This document shows, in pieces, positions 30,925 through 38,728 of a stretch of 64,000 nt of DNA. Position 1 is the first letter of the stretch; each line of letters begins with the position of its first letter. This DNA is from a virus, in the IMG/VR virus record IMGVR_UViG_3300044568_003939; one strand, written 5' to 3'. The position numbers and the translations under genes are program-made. The notes below the pieces were generated by a model. It ran no database searches, was not told the origin of the DNA, and saw only the letters and a list, made by a program, of their open reading frames with translations.

Positions 30925-31632
30925 ATGTTAAAAAAAATATGTATCATAGGTAATGGTGTAGGTTCTATTAGAAAAGAAAACGGAAAATTTGTTGATTCAT
31001 GCGATGAAGTAGTAAGAATCAAAAATTTTGAAACACGAGGATTTGAAAAATATATTGGAAGTAAAACAACAATATATTCAAGTAAATGGTTTGCATGGTT
31101 TGATCGTAAGATTCGCAATAAGCCATTAAAATTTACTTTTTTAGATGAAGTTCATACATTAATGTTTATGTTTCCAAATGAATTCATTAAAGAAGATCCT
31201 AATAATAACTTTAATGCATACACTCTTTTATACAAACAGCTTCAGCTTAAAAATGAATTGCCTCCAATACCCAATAAAAATTGGAAAGGTCATATTGAAT
31301 GTTTAAATATGTTTGGTGTTGAAAAAAAGAAAGCTATACACTTTTCTTTAAATGATGTTGAACAATTATGCATAAACATATTAAAAATACATAATAAAAA
31401 CTATGTTCGATCTTTAAAAAAAATTATAGAGCCAACGTGCGGGATACGCACTGTTTTTAAAATTTTACAAATCTATCCAGATGCAGAAATATTTTTAACA
31501 GGATTTGATTGTTTTCAAAGCGGCTGGTATTGGGATCAAAGTCATAAAATCAAAGCTGTTCATTATTATTTAGACGAATTGCTTTATTTTGGCCAACTCA
31601 AAAAAATGGAAAATGTTACTTTTTTAGATTAA
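30925..31632 (+). CDS. GT29 sialyltransferase-like glycosyltransferase
   Basis: L-motif ICIIGNG...VDSCDEVVRIKNF...GSKTT; S-motif PTCG...IFLTGFD; WYWD; VS-like HYYLDE. Confidence 0.75.
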   Translation: MLKKICIIGNGVGSIRKENGKFVDSCDEVVRIKNFETRGFEKYIGSKTTIYSSKWFAWFDRKIRNKPLKFTFLDEVHTLMFMFPNEFIKEDPNNNFNAYTLLYKQLQLKNELPPIPNKNWKGHIECLNMFGVEKKKAIHFSLNDVEQLCINILKIHNKNYVRSLKKIIEPTCGIRTVFKILQIYPDAEIFLTGFDCFQSGWYWDQSHKIKAVHYYLDELLYFGQLKKMENVTFLD

Positions 31633-32582
31633 TGCTAAGTACTATTTTAAACAAAAGCATTGCATTTTTGTGTGATGAATCTCTACCAAATTATTTAGAT
31701 AACCCTCAAAGATATGACTACTTAAAAGGTAAGCATAGCGCAACCGGTTACTATTATTGGATATTAAAAAATTTTGGTTTTCATAATGTATCGTTAGTAT
31801 CAGCTGATGATTGTTTAGATCATTATGATGCTGTGGTATTTCATTATGATAATCATGATTGCATAGACATCAACAAAAAGTATAAGACGCTTCAAATCGT
31901 TACCGACCGCCCACAATTACCAGGAGTTGACTTGTATGCAGCATGCAATTTGTCTTCATTCAAACCCATTCTGAATCTAGACATAATAAAAAGCACTGGA
32001 ATTGGTCTTAAACATGTTTTGTGTGGTCCGCTAACATACATACATTATCCAATGGCATTAAATTACACCAAATGTAAAGCAAGTTGGCCACCCAAAGTTT
32101 TTCATTATACTGGAAGAAAGACCACACTTATAGATGAAATATACAGTGATTCCTTTGTAGATCACATGAAAAACAAAGGAGTGAATTTGCGATTTGATTT
32201 TGAAAATGATCATAACTCTGGAGATGAAGATGTTTATTTTTGTGTGCGCAAGAGAACTACTTATTTTTCATTGAAAAGCAAAGGTAATAATGTAGATACA
32301 AAATTAGGTCAAAAGACAGCTAACCGATTGTATCAAGCATGGAAAATGGGTACGCCTCTCATTATAAATGGGAATAGCGCAATGGGTTCTATATACAAAA
32401 ACGAAAACGACTTCCTATTAGCTGATAATGTAGAACAGTTTGAATATCAATGTTTAAGATTATTGCATCATAAAGAGTTGTTTGATGCTATGATTGCTAA
32501 TGGAAATATAAGAAAAGACGAACATACAAACAGTCAAATTGTAAAACAATTCATTGAAGCTTTTCAAATACTTTTTAAATGA
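31632..32582 (+). CDS. Putative GT-B glycosyltransferase
   Basis: C-terminal KTANRLYQAWKMGTPLI...LFDAMIANG resembles a GT1-like C-domain; genomic context. Confidence 0.5.
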   Translation: MLSTILNKSIAFLCDESLPNYLDNPQRYDYLKGKHSATGYYYWILKNFGFHNVSLVSADDCLDHYDAVVFHYDNHDCIDINKKYKTLQIVTDRPQLPGVDLYAACNLSSFKPILNLDIIKSTGIGLKHVLCGPLTYIHYPMALNYTKCKASWPPKVFHYTGRKTTLIDEIYSDSFVDHMKNKGVNLRFDFENDHNSGDEDVYFCVRKRTTYFSLKSKGNNVDTKLGQKTANRLYQAWKMGTPLIINGNSAMGSIYKNENDFLLADNVEQFEYQCLRLLHHKELFDAMIANGNIRKDEHTNSQIVKQFIEAFQILFK

Positions 32583-32602
32583 AACGGAATATATAATATA
32601 AT

Positions 32603-33490
32603 ATGAATGGTGAGTATCACATCAATAAAAGAAATGAGCGATATTATGTTAACAGCTTAAAGGATAGTTTTTTATATAAACTGCAAGGATTAACCACAAT
32701 TGAGTTGAGCGTCACTGAGTTGTGTACACGCAAATGTTCATTTTGCCCTCGCGGTGATTCTACGGTTTACCCAAATCAAAAGCTATTCATGAGCTCGGAA
32801 ACCATTACAAACATTGCAAATAAATGTTTAGCTGAAGGCTTTGAAGGCGATTTTCATATCTCAGGTTTTGGTGAATCATTCACGCATCCAAAGTTTCTTG
32901 AATTGACTTCTACACTAAGAGACACATTACCAAACAATCATTTGGTATTGACAACCAATGGTGACTTTTTAAATGATAAAACAATCAATGAAATAATCAA
33001 AAGAAACTTTAACAAGGTTATTGTTAGTTGTTACGACGGCGCTGAAAGAAAAAAACATTTTACATTGTTGTTTGAAAAGAATGGTTTTCATAATTATGAT
33101 ATAAGAGAATTGTGGTTTAACCCAGAGGAAACTACTGAAGATCTTATGAATCGCAATAACTTTAACAATCGCTCAGGTTCAGTAAATGTTGATTCTCAAA
33201 AAGAAAATCTTAACATCAATTCTCCATGTTACTTGCCTTTTTACAAAGTTATTATTGATTGGAATGGAAATGCTTTATTGTGTTGTAATGATTGGAAAAA
33301 AGCTCATAAAGGATTGGGTAATATCAATACTCATTCGTTAAGTGATATTTGGTATGGTGAAGAATTGGTTAAGGTCCGTGCACAATTAGCAAACGGCAAA
33401 CGTGTTGGGCCGGCGTGCGCAAACTGTAATATCAAAGGAACCTTAATTGGGAAAGAAAGCGTAAATTTACTATCGGATAAAGAGTTATGA
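32603..33490 (+). CDS. Radical SAM protein with SPASM/twitch domain
   Basis: CTRKCSFC; SGFGES; TTNG; CYLPF...GNALLCCND...LGNI...IW...CANC. Confidence 0.9.
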   Translation: MNGEYHINKRNERYYVNSLKDSFLYKLQGLTTIELSVTELCTRKCSFCPRGDSTVYPNQKLFMSSETITNIANKCLAEGFEGDFHISGFGESFTHPKFLELTSTLRDTLPNNHLVLTTNGDFLNDKTINEIIKRNFNKVIVSCYDGAERKKHFTLLFEKNGFHNYDIRELWFNPEETTEDLMNRNNFNNRSGSVNVDSQKENLNINSPCYLPFYKVIIDWNGNALLCCNDWKKAHKGLGNINTHSLSDIWYGEELVKVRAQLANGKRVGPACANCNIKGTLIGKESVNLLSDKEL

Positions 33491-34182
33491 TAAACGCCCA
33501 TGAATATAAATGTTTTGTTGTTCAACCAAATAGGTATTTTAAATCTCTTAAGGAACAAATTAATAATGATACTTTCTATGTACATGGAGGAGGTTGGAAA
33601 TTAAAAGATGAATCTCAATACAATTCTTCAAATAATTTATGGCGGCTTCCTCCGTTTACATATAAACTTATTAAAAAAAATCAAACAATAATTGGGGTTT
33701 TTCCTCCAGACAGATTTGATTATCTTAAAAATGTTAAAAAATATACAATAATTGAAAATCCCGTAGACCGGGTTTATCAATGTTTTTGGTATATGCAGCA
33801 TCAAATTGGAAGTAAAAAACTCAATAAATGCGATAAAATATATGAAGAATATAATGGTGATTTAGATTCATTTATTGATATGTATATTAAAAATCCAGAT
33901 AATGTAACTCTCACCGCCCATTGTAAAAATGTCATATATGAAACACAGTATGACGCATTAAATCAATTTAAGGATTTGTCTCAATTCCAATTTGTTGGTA
34001 CTGTTGAAAAGTTAAAAAAATCAATTGACATAGTCAATGCTGGTTTTAATTTAAACTTAATATATGATGAAAAAATGAAAGCAAAAAAATTGGATTGTTT
34101 TAATCATCGGCGAGATGAATTGGAAAAAGTATTATCACATCAATTAGAATCTTACCATTTTTATAACGATAACATTGATTAA
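33487..34182 (+). CDS. Putative sulfotransferase-like protein (degenerate)
   Basis: TIIENPVDRVYQCFWY (RxPxxRxxS-like) and FQFVGTVEKL; no clear 5'-PSB loop. Confidence 0.45.
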   Translation: MINAHEYKCFVVQPNRYFKSLKEQINNDTFYVHGGGWKLKDESQYNSSNNLWRLPPFTYKLIKKNQTIIGVFPPDRFDYLKNVKKYTIIENPVDRVYQCFWYMQHQIGSKKLNKCDKIYEEYNGDLDSFIDMYIKNPDNVTLTAHCKNVIYETQYDALNQFKDLSQFQFVGTVEKLKKSIDIVNAGFNLNLIYDEKMKAKKLDCFNHRRDELEKVLSHQLESYHFYNDNID

Positions 34183-34190
34183 ATCATAAT

Positions 34191-35480
34191 ATGTCTAGTT
34201 TTATATTTACTGATAAAGATTTAAATGTAGAAAATTTAAATTTTTTCTCCGCCAAAAGAGGACCGGATATTACAAATATATGTACGGTAAATGGATTTAA
34301 TATGATACATAATTTATTGGATGTATCAAAAAAATGTATAACTCAACCAATAAATCATAATAATATAACTGTTTTATTTGATGGTCAAATTTATAGTCCT
34401 ACTTCGGACGATCAGACATCACTGGTAATATCTTTATATGAAAAGTATGGAAAGACTTTCGTTGAAAATATAAACGGCGAATATGCAATAATGCTTATGG
34501 ATAAAACCAATGAAGTTATTTATCTATATAGCGATATTTTTTCAACTAAACCGTTATTTTATAGTATAGAAAATGGAAATGTTGGAATTGCCACGTATGC
34601 GTCTGAATTAAAACTTTTGGGTTTTGCTAATCCAATTAGAGTAAAAGATTCTTCTTTTATAGAATTAAAGTTAAATGACTTATCAATAAAAGAATATAGC
34701 CATAGCAAATTTAACTTAAAAGAATATAAAACTACATACGATGATTGTATCGCTGCTTTAGAAAATGCTATAAAAATACGATGCAATGAAAAATGTGCAA
34801 TACCATTAAGTTCAGGTCATGATAGTGGAGCAATTTTTCAATGGTTTTTGTTAAATAATAAAAAAGAAAACTGTTTTTATTACGTCAAAAACAATAGAGA
34901 AAATGAAATTGTAATGGACGACAGACTTAAAAAGTGTGAAGACCAAAACATGTCGTATAAAATTATTGACTATTACAAAAATAAAAGTGTTAATGATTTG
35001 ATAGAATTTAAAAACATTTCAAACAATATGGAAGATTTTGAAAATTATAAACATGATGTTGTAGTTTTTATGCTTTCTAAATTGGTATCTGTTATTAAAA
35101 AAGATGGGTATGATGTTATTATTTCAGGAAGTGGTGCTGATGCAATAATGTCAAATGATAAAAAAGATGGCGTGTATTTTTATAATTTACAAAAACCATT
35201 TCATTTTTATTCTTACATTACTCAGCATTTTTGCAATGAATTTGAATATATAGTTGGTGCATATGGAGTGCAATTAAGATATCCATTTTTAGATAAAATT
35301 TTTGTTCAGGAATTTTTAAATTTATCTCCTGAGCTAAAAACTCAAAAATATAAATCAGTTATAACGGAATATTTACATATTAATAACTTGATTACTAACA
35401 GTAAAAAAGTAGGAATGAGTTGTTCGCATAACGTTTATACTGAAATAGAACAAAATTTTATTTTACCGCAACATGAATAG
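34191..35480 (+). CDS. Asparagine synthetase-like amidoligase
   Basis: RGPD, FDGQIY, KPLFY, LSSGHDSG, ISGSGAD, RYPFLD; N-terminus MSS, lacking the catalytic Cys. Confidence 0.82.
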   Translation: MSSFIFTDKDLNVENLNFFSAKRGPDITNICTVNGFNMIHNLLDVSKKCITQPINHNNITVLFDGQIYSPTSDDQTSLVISLYEKYGKTFVENINGEYAIMLMDKTNEVIYLYSDIFSTKPLFYSIENGNVGIATYASELKLLGFANPIRVKDSSFIELKLNDLSIKEYSHSKFNLKEYKTTYDDCIAALENAIKIRCNEKCAIPLSSGHDSGAIFQWFLLNNKKENCFYYVKNNRENEIVMDDRLKKCEDQNMSYKIIDYYKNKSVNDLIEFKNISNNMEDFENYKHDVVVFMLSKLVSVIKKDGYDVIISGSGADAIMSNDKKDGVYFYNLQKPFHFYSYITQHFCNEFEYIVGAYGVQLRYPFLDKIFVQEFLNLSPELKTQKYKSVITEYLHINNLITNSKKVGMSCSHNVYTEIEQNFILPQHE

Positions 35481-36024
35481 CCGCATATGTATTGTTGCAA
35501 AAGGCAGTTCACTGTTATCTCATAAAATAGGTTCTCTTATAGATTCACATGACATTATTATAAGAGTTAATCATTTACCAAATGACAACAACCATGATGT
35601 CATTGGACTTAAGACGCATATCTTTTCAACACAGTCTCCTGATAAATTATCTAATCATATTGACGAGTTAAAAAACTTAGACATTTGGATATCTTCAGAT
35701 GATGCTGAATGCTATGAACAGTTTAATTTAATTTTAAAAATGATAAATGAAAATGAAATGTCTTACATTAAAAAGTATTTTGGTAATGTTGCAAATTTAA
35801 ACAATTCATATATGCCAGATGCTGGAATCAGTTCTATATTGTTAGCGTTATTGAGATATCCTTCTCATAAGATAAATGTATGTGGATTTGACTTGTATGA
35901 AAATGGTAATATAAGTATTGATAATGTTAAAAAAGATTCTAGTAATTTTACAACTCCAGTTTTTCAACAAGTTCTTTATTATAAAACTTTAATTAAATCT
36001 GGTACTATTACCCAATTATATTAA
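35473..36024 (+). CDS. Second GT29-like glycosyltransferase
   Basis: ICIVAKG..L....GSLIDSHDIIIRVN...IGLKT; PDAG...INVCGFD. Confidence 0.65.
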   Translation: MNSRICIVAKGSSLLSHKIGSLIDSHDIIIRVNHLPNDNNHDVIGLKTHIFSTQSPDKLSNHIDELKNLDIWISSDDAECYEQFNLILKMINENEMSYIKKYFGNVANLNNSYMPDAGISSILLALLRYPSHKINVCGFDLYENGNISIDNVKKDSSNFTTPVFQQVLYYKTLIKSGTITQLY

Positions 36025-36027
36025 AAT

Positions 36028-36705
36028 ATGAACATACACATCGGATATGACGACTCACAGGACATTGCATATCAAGTATGCAAACATTCCATCATTAAGA
36101 ATAGCAGTTCTAATGCTATCGCCATAAGTAAAATTAACTCTGATACTATAGTTGGCTATGACCGCCCATGCGATCCGCTTGCATCAACTCCTTTCACATA
36201 TGCACGCTTTTATGTGCCATTCATAAATGATTACAAAGGATGGAGTATATTTTGTGACAGCGACTTTTTATTCCTAGAAGATATTCAAAAGCTAATAGAT
36301 CAATGCGATCCTCAATATGCAGTGCAAGTTGTAAAGCATGACTATACTCCATGCAATGCTGTAAAGATGAATGATAAACCTCAAAGTGTTTATCCTAGGA
36401 AAAATTGGAGTAGCTTGATCTTATGGAACAATACTCACCCTAAAAATAAAATTCTTGATGGTGATTTGCTAAACTCTGCGAGTGCTAGTTTCTTACATCG
36501 ATTCCAATGGTTAGACGACTCTGACATTGGTGAAATTTCATATGAGTGGAATTGGCTAGTCGGCTGGTATACCGAAACATCTGAAAAGAAACCAAAGGCA
36601 TTACATTTTACTGAAGGCGGCCCTTGGCTTGGTATAAAATCTGACCTTAAGTATGATGCAGAATGGTGTGCCTATTCTGCATCATTGCAAGACACTTTAA
36701 AATAA
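36028..36705 (+). CDS. GT-A fold glycosyltransferase (GT8-like)
   Basis: IHIGYD, STPFTYARF, DxD in FCDSDFLF, YPRKNWSS, LHFTEGGPW. Confidence 0.85.
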   Translation: MNIHIGYDDSQDIAYQVCKHSIIKNSSSNAIAISKINSDTIVGYDRPCDPLASTPFTYARFYVPFINDYKGWSIFCDSDFLFLEDIQKLIDQCDPQYAVQVVKHDYTPCNAVKMNDKPQSVYPRKNWSSLILWNNTHPKNKILDGDLLNSASASFLHRFQWLDDSDIGEISYEWNWLVGWYTETSEKKPKALHFTEGGPWLGIKSDLKYDAEWCAYSASLQDTLK

Positions 36706-36719
36706 GAATAGTCCTCTGT

Positions 36720-36727
36720 TATAAATA
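36720..36727 (+). promoter_or_regulatory. Late promoter
   Basis: TATAAATA, 6 nt before ATG 36734. Confidence 0.8.
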
Positions 36728-36733
36728 CAGAAT

Positions 36734-37348
36734 ATGGCAATGTATGCAGACTTATATGCGGATCAAGGGTCAAATTTTTCTACAGTTGTTAATGTAGGAA
36801 GTGGTGATGCATTTGATGTAAATCTTACTGGTTATACTGCGCGTGGCAAGATTCGTAAATCTTACACCAGCAGTACGTCATATGATTTTGTTGTGGCTAT
36901 ACCACAACCAACAACTGGACAACTGCAGCTGTCATTGGATTCTGCTACAACAGCGGCTATAAAACCCGGCCGTTACTTGTATGATGTAGAAATAACGCAA
37001 ACATCAACTGGTAAAGTTACAAGAGTGGTTGAAGGCCAAATTGATTTTAATGCTGGCGCCAGCAGCAATCTTTTCAATGCGCAAATATTTACAGTAACTG
37101 CGTCCTACGCTCTTAAAGTAACAGACAATACTGTGCTATGTAATTGTGTAAATAATGCTATAAGTATTACTCTTCCATCTGCAGCAGCAGCACCCAACAA
37201 AATTTTCATAATAAAGAAAATTGATGCTACCGCAAATGTGGTAACAATAGTTGGTACTGTTGATGCCACCGTTAATCCAACAATACTTACGCAATGGCAA
37301 ACAGTAAAAGTTCAAAGTAATGGAGTTAATTGGTACAACATATCATAA
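36734..37348 (+). CDS. Virion structural protein, putative fibre anchor
   Basis: LYADQGSNF...LTGYTA..KIRKSY...GRYLYDVEI...RVVEGQI plus C-terminal ITLP...IKKID...QSNGVNWY fibre domain. Confidence 0.7.
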   Translation: MAMYADLYADQGSNFSTVVNVGSGDAFDVNLTGYTARGKIRKSYTSSTSYDFVVAIPQPTTGQLQLSLDSATTAAIKPGRYLYDVEITQTSTGKVTRVVEGQIDFNAGASSNLFNAQIFTVTASYALKVTDNTVLCNCVNNAISITLPSAAAAPNKIFIIKKIDATANVVTIVGTVDATVNPTILTQWQTVKVQSNGVNWYNIS

Positions 37349-38343
37349 TGGACAACAACTTAACAGTTAGAATCGCACAGCCGCCTGGTATTAATGTGTC
37401 TTTAAGTGCGCCTGGGACTCTGTATGCAAAGAGTTTAAATTATCTTGATTTTGTATTTAGCACAGGCGTAGAAACTCCCAATGCCATTGTAAAACGTGAT
37501 GGGAATGGGTATGCTAATTTTACCACAGCTCGCACAGTTGCAGGAGCTGCAGCAATATATGCAACAGCAACTGGTGGAACCGGTACATTTGCAATAGACG
37601 CAAGCGGAACTAATGGCAGCAATGGTTTTGCAGCGCGTAGTGTGTCTGGTACTGCCGCATTGCTAACCAGTGGGAGCGGCAGCGGCGCTCAAATCAATTC
37701 CAATACTGGCAGTGATATTGCATCATTTCAAAACGCGGCGGCAACAGTATTTGCAGTTGAAAGAGTAAATGGCGTGCTGCGCTGGATTAAAGACGGCAAT
37801 ACTGGGCGATTAACGCCAGCCACATTAACCGCTGCATGTACATGGACACTGCCAGATGGTGGTGGTACAGTTGCAGTCAATTTAGGCAATGTCAACAACA
37901 CAAGCGATGCAAACAAGCCAGTATCGGCTGCGCAGCAAACCGCGTTAAATCTCAAAGCAAATCTAAGTGGTGCAACTTTTACAGGAGCGATCAGCGCAAC
38001 AAATCTAAGCGGTACAAATACGGGAGACCTGACCGCAGGCACAGGCATCAACATCACCGCTGGCGTTGTGTCATCGACCGTCGAAACCACCGTCGAAACC
38101 ACCATCATCGACGGCAGCGCCAACGCGGTCTCCAGCAACGCGGTGTTTGACGCGCTCGCGCTCAAGGCACCGCTCGCCAGCCCGGCGTTCACGGGCTCCA
38201 TCACGGCCGACGGTGTTTCTAACACATTACCCAACCAAACAGCTGCTACGTCAGCTAGTATTCTCACAAGACAACTGGCTGACGATAGATATCTTATAAA
38301 TGATAATGCTAGTTCAATAATTGGTCTAGCTTTATTCCTATAA
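37348..38343 (+). CDS. Tail fibre shaft-like protein
   Basis: IVKRDGNG, LGNVNNTSDANKPVS, LALKAPLASPAFTG; start at 37348 (TAATG overlap). Confidence 0.7.
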   Translation: MDNNLTVRIAQPPGINVSLSAPGTLYAKSLNYLDFVFSTGVETPNAIVKRDGNGYANFTTARTVAGAAAIYATATGGTGTFAIDASGTNGSNGFAARSVSGTAALLTSGSGSGAQINSNTGSDIASFQNAAATVFAVERVNGVLRWIKDGNTGRLTPATLTAACTWTLPDGGGTVAVNLGNVNNTSDANKPVSAAQQTALNLKANLSGATFTGAISATNLSGTNTGDLTAGTGINITAGVVSSTVETTVETTIIDGSANAVSSNAVFDALALKAPLASPAFTGSITADGVSNTLPNQTAATSASILTRQLADDRYLINDNASSIIGLALFL

Positions 38344-38359
38344 CCCTCTAAATAAATTT

Positions 38360-38725
38360 ATGGCAACCTATACAAAACAATTCCTATCACAAAGTGCCCG
38401 CGGTAAATCAATTACTATAACAGCCACTGGGACAAACACTCAAACTATACATACTACACCAGCAAGTTCAGGTATTATAGATGAGGTTTGGCTGTATGCC
38501 TCCAATCCAACATCAGCTGATGTTACGTTTAACCTGTTGTATGGCGGCACAGACTTTACCACAGATATATTATTTGAGGGCGTTATAGAAGCTTATGCTG
38601 GCAGTGTTTTAGTATGCCCAGGGCTTATTGCCCAAGGTGATGGTACGACTGGATTTTCAATATATGGAAATTCACCAACATTAAGTGGAGTTAATGTATT
38701 TGGTTATGTGAATAGAATTAGTTAA
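38360..38725 (+). CDS. Small beta-rich virion protein, putative adaptor
   Basis: TIHTT...IDEVWLYASN...VNVFGYVNRI. Confidence 0.6.
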   Translation: MATYTKQFLSQSARGKSITITATGTNTQTIHTTPASSGIIDEVWLYASNPTSADVTFNLLYGGTDFTTDILFEGVIEAYAGSVLVCPGLIAQGDGTTGFSIYGNSPTLSGVNVFGYVNRIS

Positions 38726-38728
38726 TAT

